DNA of 64,000 bases from Oceanispirochaeta sp. (lineage in GTDB: Bacteria; Spirochaetota; Spirochaetia; DSM-2461), in NCBI GenBank assembly GCA_963666275.2, contig CAXXOA010000001.1, forward strand, positions 2,144,001 through 2,208,000, read 5' to 3'. Below are positions 57,027-64,000 of this stretch, piece by piece (the stretch's first letter is position 1; the number at the start of each line of letters is the position of its first letter). Position numbers and translations under genes: made by a program. Under the pieces are notes generated by a model, which saw only the letters and a list, made by a program, of their open reading frames with translations, did not search any database and was not told the DNA's origin.

Positions 57027-57647
57027 CTAGTACAGCGGCGGGATGGACAGAACAGTTCCCTCTTTGACATCCGTAGGGTCTTCGATACCGTTGGCAACGG
57101 CGATCTCCCGCCATTTCCCGGGATCTTCGTACTCTCTCCCCGCCAGGGCGCTCAGACTGTCTCCTTCCTGAAGAACAATCCTCTTGGTGTGATCCGACGA
57201 ATGCCGCGGTTTTTCCTGTATCTGACCTGCTGCGGTGGAGTACTCTTTAAACAGAACTTTCAGCAGGGCCCTGACAGGAGTCCCGTCATTGAGAAACATG
57301 GTATATCTCTGAACAAGATCTTCCAGAACACAGCGGAATTGCAGGTTTCCCCAGGAAAACATAAGCAGAGGAGGCCGGTGCTGATCCGAGTTAACCAGCA
57401 TGAGTTCCTCCATTTTTTCTGTGTAGACTCTGACGTCGCTTTTCTCTTCGGAGGTATCAAAATAGAGCTCCATGGACAGCCTTTTTCTCTCCCCGATGGT
57501 AAATTCCACAGCTGGAGAGTCCAATCCGTTTATTTCATGCTCTTTCCAGGGTGTTTTCTTTTCTATGATGTATTCCTTCGGATTAAACAGAACCTCAAAC
57601 TCTTCATCTGTATCCAGATTCATAATGACTGCTTTCTCCAGTGCCAT
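57027..57647 (-). CDS. CIS tube initiator with C-terminal LysM (Afp7/Pvc7-like)
   Basis: VLFNPKEY, LYFDT, PPLLMFSWG, YTMFLNDGTPVRA and LysM GDSLSALA..EY.DP..WR.IA.AN. Confidence 0.88.
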   Translation of the reverse strand: MALEKAVIMNLDTDEEFEVLFNPKEYIIEKKTPWKEHEINGLDSPAVEFTIGERKRLSMELYFDTSEEKSDVRVYTEKMEELMLVNSDQHRPPLLMFSWGNLQFRCVLEDLVQRYTMFLNDGTPVRALLKVLFKEYSTAAGQIQEKPRHSSDHTKRIVLQEGDSLSALAGREYEDPGKWREIAVANGIEDPTDVKEGTVLSIPPLY

Positions 57648-57656
57648 AACAACCTC

Positions 57657-58097
57657 CTATTCAGACTCTTCCAGACCTTCATGCATGATTTCAATCCTTT
57701 CTACCGCACAGCCGTGCACGTTGTGCCCCAGCTGTGGACCCACCCAGCGGCAGGGAAGGGCCCGATAGAAATTCCATCGTTTTACCTCTTCTCCCGACGC
57801 TGAATAGAGAATCACAGAACCGTCTTTTCTTGTGACGGGATCTTCAGTGGCCACTGTATCGGTATACCATCTGTAGATATCGTTGTTTTCTGTCAGCCCC
57901 TTTTCAAGCACGAGATTGGGAAACCTCGTTCTTCCAAGAAATCGGTGAGTCGTTGTATTCAGACCGCCTTCTTCCACCTCATATACATAGTTCTCACTCT
58001 CCAGTCCTTCGCAGCGGAAGAACTTACCGCATTGAATACCCTCAATCTCAATACCGAAATAATTGGGAAGATAAGATCCGGCTCCGTTACTGCTCAT
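57657..58097 (-). CDS. T4 gp19-like tail tube protein
   Basis: F..CEGL..E.....EEGG.N, LVLEKG, RKDGSVIL, RWNF.RA.P..W.GP and VERIEI.HEG motifs; ATG 58097 follows AGGAGG. Confidence 0.9.
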   Translation of the reverse strand: MSSNGAGSYLPNYFGIEIEGIQCGKFFRCEGLESENYVYEVEEGGLNTTTHRFLGRTRFPNLVLEKGLTENNDIYRWYTDTVATEDPVTRKDGSVILYSASGEEVKRWNFYRALPCRWVGPQLGHNVHGCAVERIEIMHEGLEESE

Positions 58098-59622
58098 GAA
58101 TAACCTCCTTATCGATAATGACTTTTGTATGCTCTTTTTCCGCATGCAAAGTAACAATTATGTATTCAGCCGGTTTAACCGGACAAAGGCCGACCTGAAC
58201 GGACAATATGCCTGCCTCTCTGTTCTCCGGAGGGTTCAGCTCACTGTCACAGCGAACAAAAAAAGCCTCATTGGCCGTTTTCCCCGCCAGATACCCCTTG
58301 CGCCAGGCATCGATCAGGTAGGCTGTCACGTGCCTGACGACCCTTTTCTGAAGAAGCGCATCATTCGGTTCGAACACAGCCCAGGATGTGCCCTTTTTCA
58401 TGGCGGCACTCAAAAAAGATATGGTTCTTCTCACATTAATAAATCGCCATTCCGGATCTTCCGCCAGGGTCCGGACTCCCCAGACCTTGATTCCTTTTCC
58501 GGGAACCTTCTTGAACGCGTTGACCCCTTTTTCATATAACATAGCTATTTCATCATTTTTCAGGGGGCGGGAAAGGGCTACCGCTCCTTCAATGAAACGG
58601 TTTCCCGGAGGATAATAACAGCCGTGGGACAGATCAACATCAGAAACTATACCGGCAATGGCACAGGAGGGAGCCAGAGAGAAGGTTGTGTGGTCAGCCG
58701 GATCGATAACCTTGAGATCCGGGTAATAGAGCGCCGCTTTGGAAGAGGAGATCCTGTTCCTGTATGCCAGAACATCCGAGGGTTCCATGGAGCTGTTCAG
58801 ATCCAGCAGGGCAAACCGCCCCTCCAGGGTTTCCGCATGGGTGATCATGGCAGTATGAACGGCAAAAATGTCTTCGGTTTTTTTCAGCAGGCAAACATCC
58901 GGAGCGGCGATAAGATTCACATCCTGCAGGGGTTCCAGAGCAGCCAGTCCGGTTCTTCTGTCGGGATTCTCAGTCCGCCCGATAAAATCCCCCGCCCTGA
59001 GACCGGCAATTCCCTCTCTACCGCCGGAAAAGAACTCATTATGAACTTCCTCCGGAGAAGAAAAACTCCCGTTGATTGAAATGCTTTCCACAGAAACCAG
59101 TGAGGATTGACTTTGTATCCTGTCCAGATAATAGTCAGAGTCCTGAGGATCCGCTGATAATCCCAGAAAATCCTCCTGAAAACCCGAGTTATGAAGGGAG
59201 ACATTCACAAGGGATCTTTTCCCCGAAGGATCCGGATGCAGCCAGAGATTGAGATAGAGCTCATTTCCCCAGATACCCTCGGATTTACAAAGCAGCTTTG
59301 CCACTTTTTTCTGTTTCTGATCCATAAGGATAAAAGACGCACAGGCGGCTCCCCCGCTGCCCTCGCGGTGGGCAATACGGACAATGTGACAGCATCGGCC
59401 GCCGTTCTGAAAAAAGGAGTACACGCCGAAAGGAAGGTTCCCTGCGGTGTCAAACCCGCCGAAGGTTTTTAAAAAGTCGTTAAAGTTCTGTATTTTCACA
59501 GCTTTATTCAAAGGTCCTTTCCTTGTAATACCCACAAACCCGGCGACAGGATTCTCTTTAAGCGCTATCTTTTCAGTCTCCAGAGGTTTTTTTGTGTAAA
59601 GGATACCCGGGATTCCCCCCAT
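58087..59622 (-). CDS. Contractile tail sheath protein
   Basis: AGFVG...KGP.N, FFQNGG, AALYYP, VWGVRTL...WRFINVRR, WAVFEPND and PVKPAEY motifs. Confidence 0.93.
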   Translation of the reverse strand: MGGIPGILYTKKPLETEKIALKENPVAGFVGITRKGPLNKAVKIQNFNDFLKTFGGFDTAGNLPFGVYSFFQNGGRCCHIVRIAHREGSGGAACASFILMDQKQKKVAKLLCKSEGIWGNELYLNLWLHPDPSGKRSLVNVSLHNSGFQEDFLGLSADPQDSDYYLDRIQSQSSLVSVESISINGSFSSPEEVHNEFFSGGREGIAGLRAGDFIGRTENPDRRTGLAALEPLQDVNLIAAPDVCLLKKTEDIFAVHTAMITHAETLEGRFALLDLNSSMEPSDVLAYRNRISSSKAALYYPDLKVIDPADHTTFSLAPSCAIAGIVSDVDLSHGCYYPPGNRFIEGAVALSRPLKNDEIAMLYEKGVNAFKKVPGKGIKVWGVRTLAEDPEWRFINVRRTISFLSAAMKKGTSWAVFEPNDALLQKRVVRHVTAYLIDAWRKGYLAGKTANEAFFVRCDSELNPPENREAGILSVQVGLCPVKPAEYIIVTLHAEKEHTKVIIDKEVIHEQ

Positions 59623-60789
59623 TTACGCGCTCTCCTCGGTTTTCTTCTTTTTCCCCGGTTTTCCTGGAAGATAGCGGCAGAACGGACAGAACTCCCAGTC
59701 ATCTTTCATCCGCCTTTTACAGTCGGGGCATTTTCGTTTAGAGATACCCAGTTTTTTCCTGAGGCTCATCCTGCGAAAAATCATAAGAAGAATGCCAAGA
59801 GCCAGAAGGACAACGGCGGTACCAAGCAGGACAAGTTTCAGCCACAGGGGGAAGGGATTTTTTACCGCTTTGAAATTGCGGAATCCCTGAATGGAAAGCT
59901 CTTTATCGTCGACCTGTATCATCAGCTGATGAAAAGAGTCGTCCGCCTTCACCCCTTTGGCCCGAAAGGAAACCACATAGGACATATTGATCAACTCGGC
60001 GAACTGATTCAAATGATCAGAAACTGTGTCTAAATCCGGAGTGTAGAGGTAGGATCCGCCGCTTTTCCTGGCTAATTCATGGAGAACGGACAAAGAAGCT
60101 TCGCTCAGAACCTTAAGCCCCAGAGAGTAGAGGGGAATCCCGCTCTCGCTGAGAACCTGTGCAGTCTGTTCCAGGGTAAACCGGCTTTCATTGTCCCGGC
60201 CGTCGGAAAGTAGGATAAAAACTGTTCTCTCATTTTTTTTGAGAATTCCCGCATCCTGCTCTTTCTCAATTTTCCTGACACAACCAACCAAAGTATCGAA
60301 TATTTTAGCCTGATCCTCCCTGACTTCCAGTTCCAGCACAGCATCGGAGGGGAGATCCGGCGGCAATACATAAGAGAAGAGTTCCTCCGGCTGCTCCCCG
60401 ACAATGTAGGCAGACAGGGAATCTGTCTCTCCCAGAAGGGTGGAGAAATCCAAAAGGGCATTTTTCTGTGCCGTAAGAGGTTGCCCATCCATAAGTCCAG
60501 AAGCTGAAAGGAAAAACACATAATGGATAGAATCATCTATTTTATTGAATGTCTCTACAGCCAGAGACGAGAGGTGATTCTCCGTGTCGATCTTGGCACT
60601 AAAATTCCCTTTAACAAGAGTCAGATTGGGACTCCCTTCCTGATCTTCCACAGAGACATAGGCTTTCATCTGGGGAAAAGCATGGGAATCGATACTTTCT
60701 ATCCGTATCGTATTTTCCTGTTCCTCCTGGGCGTACAGGACAGAGACAACCGACAATACCAGGAAATAAATCAGAGCTATATTTTTCAT
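59623..60789 (-). CDS. VWA-domain membrane protein with cytoplasmic C-terminal zinc ribbon
   Basis: Signal peptide, VWA-like ILLSDGRD and ELARKSGG, TM LVLLGTAVVLLALGILLMIF, CPDC...CPFC tail. Confidence 0.8.
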   Translation of the reverse strand: MKNIALIYFLVLSVVSVLYAQEEQENTIRIESIDSHAFPQMKAYVSVEDQEGSPNLTLVKGNFSAKIDTENHLSSLAVETFNKIDDSIHYVFFLSASGLMDGQPLTAQKNALLDFSTLLGETDSLSAYIVGEQPEELFSYVLPPDLPSDAVLELEVREDQAKIFDTLVGCVRKIEKEQDAGILKKNERTVFILLSDGRDNESRFTLEQTAQVLSESGIPLYSLGLKVLSEASLSVLHELARKSGGSYLYTPDLDTVSDHLNQFAELINMSYVVSFRAKGVKADDSFHQLMIQVDDKELSIQGFRNFKAVKNPFPLWLKLVLLGTAVVLLALGILLMIFRRMSLRKKLGISKRKCPDCKRRMKDDWEFCPFCRYLPGKPGKKKKTEESA

Positions 60790-60797
60790 GGATTTCC

Positions 60798-61175
60798 TCA
60801 ATAGATGCATTTGAATTTGAACTCCACATCACCCAGGGTGACAAGATCTCCATCGATGATTTCAGTGACACTTTCGTTTCTGTTCACCAGAATCTTCCCC
60901 CCTGAACCGGCATTGTGAATCAGGATGCCATCGGATGTGGCATTGAGAACGGCGTGATGCCTTTTTACAGAGTCAAGGAGAATGCGAACTTCACAATCCA
61001 CTCCCTGGCCTATCAGGTTTTTTCCCTCCCGGATAGAAAAAACAGCTTTGGTCCGGTTATTCAGACTGTAGACGAACCAACCCACCACAGGAGTGATGCA
61101 CACGGGGCAGATTCTCCAGGAGGGATCCATCAGATGGCCTTCCCTGCAGAATTTTCTTCTGAAAAACATATTCAA
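60798..61175 (-). CDS. FHA-domain protein with N-terminal zinc ribbon
   Basis: CREGH..DPSW..CPVC; FHA-like IGQ...VKRHHA...ILVN...IDGDLVTLG (phosphothreonine-binding residues look degenerate). Confidence 0.75.
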   Translation of the reverse strand: MNMFFRRKFCREGHLMDPSWRICPVCITPVVGWFVYSLNNRTKAVFSIREGKNLIGQGVDCEVRILLDSVKRHHAVLNATSDGILIHNAGSGGKILVNRNESVTEIIDGDLVTLGDVEFKFKCIY

Positions 61176-61183
61176 ACTCCCTC

Positions 61184-62713
61184 TTATAATTTCTGATAAA
61201 TCCAGATACGACCAAAGTTATCCCGCCCCTCGTCTTCCATGGAAAACGTCACAGAAAGGGAATACTTGTCTATATAGTCTTCATGAAACTTAACACTGAG
61301 ATTTCTCCAGCGGTGCCGGGAATCCGGAGTATCCACATTCAGTGTTTTACTGGTAGAACCGATATCGACTTTCACACGGTAATTACCATGGATAATATCA
61401 GACCGGCGTATTATCAGGAGTTCCCGTTTTTTAATGATATTTTTGATATTGAAACGGACAGAACCGCCCAGGTACCTTTTCACTGTATCCCTGACAATCT
61501 GCCCGTCCGGATAGGTCAGAGAAATATTGGTAGTCTGAACATCCACTGTGTCAAGGAATTCCAGTTTATGCGACTCCATGCTCTCTTTGTCTCTGGAATC
61601 GATAAAATCCACCAGAGTATACCGTTCGTCCTCCAGAAGGAGGATTCTTGATAGTTCTTCACTCATAAGAGACAGGTCAGAACCTGTGATTTTTCTGGTT
61701 ATAAAGAGTTTCTGATACCCCTCGTTTACCTTCTCTATGCACTTCAAGATGGCATCCAGAGTCTCATAGGTCTGATCAAAGGATTTAATCCTGTCCCCCA
61801 TTTCAAACACATTCCTCTTGACGATTTCAAAGTTTTCCGTTGTGGATATCGTCCTTTTCCCCCTGGTTCTCTCATCCTCAAGTATTTCCTGAACGATCTG
61901 ATTATTTATGTCAAAGAGGGGGTAGATAATGTTGACAATGTCTTCAAAGCTCACATCCCCGCACTGAAGAAGCATTCTGGCTGTAAGGGAGATTGTCTGG
62001 AGTTCCCTGAAACCCGGTAGAGCCAGCATATCGTAAGCAACCTGGGAAACATTCCTGGATTTATTCAGAAGTTTTATGAGAAAATCCTTCAGATAGGGGG
62101 ATAAACCGCTTTTATGAACCCTGGCCCAGGGAACAAAGCGGAAATCCAGAGCATTCGGTCCGGGATTGGCAAAATCCTCCGCATCATGGATAGCCGCGAT
62201 CTCTCCGTCCTCCCCTTCCTGAAGAGACACTCTGGCAAGCTCAATCAGACCGCCTTTGGCATCAAGGGTGTTGACAATTTCAAGCTTGGCGGTTTCCACT
62301 TTGCTCATATACCCCTGATAATCGGGATTTTCATCGTTCTGAAAAAAGTCCTCCATCATTTCATGGAAACGGACAGTTATATATACTGTTGCCGGAAGTT
62401 TGTATTTCCGGATATCCAGGGTCAGAGCCTGTGGCTCATAAAGGAAGATCGCCCGCCCCTGGCAGTCTATTGCCGCCCCGGGATGAACGATCAGCGCCAC
62501 CACCCCTCCGGATCCTTTCAGTCTCTGGACGGAGAAATTCTCCAGAACCCCCGGCACCACACCGCTTCCGTGAAAAATGGCATTGTAAAATGCCTCTTTT
62601 TTAAAATGGTAGTCCTGAATACTGTTCCAGAAACGGGGCGACGCCATCAGTCCGTTAAAAAAATTGGCTCTTTTAAACTGGCTGACCTCTCCGATAATCT
62701 TATTGTCATTCAT
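61184..62713 (-). CDS. CIS baseplate/tail-fibre-anchor protein (Afp13-like N-terminal domain)
   Basis: RANFFNG......W...QDYH..K...N..FHGSGVV.G.....V.PGAAID.QGR.I pattern typical of eCIS fibre/anchor proteins. Confidence 0.6.
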   Translation of the reverse strand: MNDNKIIGEVSQFKRANFFNGLMASPRFWNSIQDYHFKKEAFYNAIFHGSGVVPGVLENFSVQRLKGSGGVVALIVHPGAAIDCQGRAIFLYEPQALTLDIRKYKLPATVYITVRFHEMMEDFFQNDENPDYQGYMSKVETAKLEIVNTLDAKGGLIELARVSLQEGEDGEIAAIHDAEDFANPGPNALDFRFVPWARVHKSGLSPYLKDFLIKLLNKSRNVSQVAYDMLALPGFRELQTISLTARMLLQCGDVSFEDIVNIIYPLFDINNQIVQEILEDERTRGKRTISTTENFEIVKRNVFEMGDRIKSFDQTYETLDAILKCIEKVNEGYQKLFITRKITGSDLSLMSEELSRILLLEDERYTLVDFIDSRDKESMESHKLEFLDTVDVQTTNISLTYPDGQIVRDTVKRYLGGSVRFNIKNIIKKRELLIIRRSDIIHGNYRVKVDIGSTSKTLNVDTPDSRHRWRNLSVKFHEDYIDKYSLSVTFSMEDEGRDNFGRIWIYQKL

Positions 62714-62723
62714 CTCAACATCC

Positions 62724-63620
62724 TCAAAACATGATCTGATCATCGCCGATCAGGATTCCCTTCTGTTTTTTTCTTTCCGTTTTTTCAAAAGTGATGTAAT
62801 ACATGGAATGGACAGGCTTTTCCTGCTCAACAATCGTGGCGATTCGGCTCTTTTCCGCCTGATTGAATTCCTGGATTCCTATGGGAAAATGGACTGTAAA
62901 ATAGGGAACGGAACTGTCCGTATGGTTTCTGATAACATCATTGACACTCCGTTCTCCCAGCACAACAAAATCCCTCTGGGGGAATGTATTTTCAAAAATC
63001 TCCGGTTCCAGACCGGTTATGATCTTTAAATACATGGAAAGGCCCCGGGAAGTCCCTCTCCATTGAAAAAGGCTGAGTCCCTTTTGCAGCAGAGCACGGA
63101 TGGTATCGTCACTGTATCCGGTTTTGCCGGGATCCATTCCAAACCAGCCTGCCATCCAGTATAAAAAGGGGACCGGTGCCTCTTCAGGTATAAAATAGGT
63201 ATGGAGGGAATCCATAATCTGAATCTGTTCATACTGCATATGCTGAAAAATCCACAGGAAATTGCTCAGAAAGGGATTTTCCTGGTAGAGAGAAGGCAGA
63301 TAATCCACGGGATTCTTTCCGGAAAGGAGCAGCTGATATTCCCTGGTGCCGTCGGCAAGGGGTCTGGTACTGACATCAATGACTGTAAACCGCGGCTTTC
63401 CCGAGCTGCGGTAGAAGTACTGTCCCACATGGCCTCCGGACCTTTTGATAAGACCGGCGGCATTTCTGAAATTTAAACCGATGAGTTCCCGGGGATTCAA
63501 TTTCGGTGTTTCAAACCCAGCGTCTGAGGACAATGTGCAAACTCTCCTTACTATCCTGTTCTTCCGATACAATCGAGTATCCCCCTTCCCTGACCTTATC
63601 CAGGACAGTTTCATAGGCAT
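62724..63620 (-). CDS. Phage tail protein I / baseplate wedge subunit
   Basis: YLPSLYQE..FL..FL.IF, YF.PEEAP..FL.W.A.W, WRGT.RGL and EKPVH motifs. The true start is probably near 63500 because the ORF overlaps the upstream gene. Confidence 0.8.
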   Translation of the reverse strand: MPMKLSWIRSGKGDTRLYRKNRIVRRVCTLSSDAGFETPKLNPRELIGLNFRNAAGLIKRSGGHVGQYFYRSSGKPRFTVIDVSTRPLADGTREYQLLLSGKNPVDYLPSLYQENPFLSNFLWIFQHMQYEQIQIMDSLHTYFIPEEAPVPFLYWMAGWFGMDPGKTGYSDDTIRALLQKGLSLFQWRGTSRGLSMYLKIITGLEPEIFENTFPQRDFVVLGERSVNDVIRNHTDSSVPYFTVHFPIGIQEFNQAEKSRIATIVEQEKPVHSMYYITFEKTERKKQKGILIGDDQIMF

Positions 63621-63912
63621 ACTGTTTCTGGATTTCTGTTAAAAAATCCGTTTGATTCTTCTCTGTATAGGTTTCAACGCCCCACCAGTCTGCCGAGAGT
63701 TCCAGGCCCTGATCACTGACATGGACGGCTATGCCGTAGGGCCCCTCCAGGCAGATTTCCATATCCGCTTCAATTTCCTCCCCGTTCCAGCCGTTCACAA
63801 CCAGGGAGGAATTTTCCTCTGCGCAGCGGTATTCATAACCCAGGGCTTTCAAAGCTTTCTGCAGGATTCCCAGTTCCTTCAGTTTTGTTTCTACTTTCGT
63901 TATATGAGACAT
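63511..63912 (-). CDS. DUF1257 (Ycf35-like) protein
   Basis: MSHITKVETKL.....L.KAL..LG, ADWWG, QYAY and L.RW motifs. Confidence 0.85.
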   Translation of the reverse strand: MSHITKVETKLKELGILQKALKALGYEYRCAEENSSLVVNGWNGEEIEADMEICLEGPYGIAVHVSDQGLELSADWWGVETYTEKNQTDFLTEIQKQYAYETVLDKVREGGYSIVSEEQDSKESLHIVLRRWV

Positions 63913-63922
63913 ACCTGACTCC

Positions 63923-64000
63923 TTATCGAATTTGAATCCGGACCAGAGAGGAACGGTCTATGATGTAGTTCAATGTTTCTATTTCGGCCTTGAAAATATC
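63923..64000 (-). CDS. 3' end of an upstream CIS-operon gene (partial, unidentified)
   Basis: Open frame ...DIFKAEIETLNYIIDRSSLVRIQIR* ending just before the DUF1257 RBS (AAGGAG). Confidence 0.5.
   Translation of the reverse strand, partial: DIFKAEIETLNYIIDRSSLVRIQIR

Larger units (their letters stand above)
38893..64000 (-). other. Contractile injection system (eCIS-like) locus with downstream polymorphic effector cassette array
   Basis: Co-oriented, tightly coupled sheath, tube, LysM, hub, wedge, chaperone and DUF4157 genes; no capsid, terminase or TssJLM genes in the window. Confidence 0.85.

Noticed and set aside
55965..62713. Canonical T6SS
   Set aside because: Single-chain sheath and gp19-type tube, plus tail chaperone and tape-measure-position genes; no TssB/C, Hcp, TssJLM or ClpV motifs seen.
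48144..64000. Prophage
   Set aside because: No capsid, portal, terminase, integrase or replication genes in the window. The LysM initiator, DUF4157 and DUF6760-like genes point to a CIS. Genes beyond the edge cannot be excluded.

Overview
The window looks like chromosomal DNA from a free-living spirochaete (Spirochaetaceae-like). This is inferred from CheX, a long spirochaete-type thymidine kinase, a BMP nucleoside ABC system and many lipoproteins. Bases 1-38.8 kb are mostly housekeeping and envelope genes: the argC-argB-argD-argG operon, pgi, tex, a nucleoside ABC transporter, a CHASE-GGDEF-hemerythrin cyclase, a trypsin/PEGA protease operon, deoB/deoC, L-serine dehydratase, tdk, an ankyrin lipoprotein, an apparent IgaA/UmoB-like membrane protein, a LysR-controlled flavoprotein reductase and cheX. 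Bases 38.9-64 kb (all minus strand, continuing past the right edge) are a contractile injection system (eCIS-like) locus. It encodes sheath, tube, LysM tube initiator, GPD hub, baseplate/fibre-anchor proteins, and a tail assembly chaperone with a likely -1 frameshift (GGGGGAA) into a DUF6760-like ORF, followed by a large tape-measure-position gene. A Ycf46-type AAA/DUF2997/DUF1257/radical-SAM set and an FHA + membrane VWA pair are embedded in it. The most striking feature is an AT-rich array downstream of the tape-measure gene: three DUF4157 + effector + exported immunity-like cassettes. Cassette 1 follows the intact gene, cassettes 2 and 3 each follow an in-frame copy of its 3' end, and a fourth copy has no cassette. 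The effectors share a ~80-aa N-terminal domain but have different C-termini (NlpC/P60-like, unknown, M23). This reads as a recombination-swappable polymorphic toxin array for a CIS. All family assignments come from motif recognition by eye; no searches were run.
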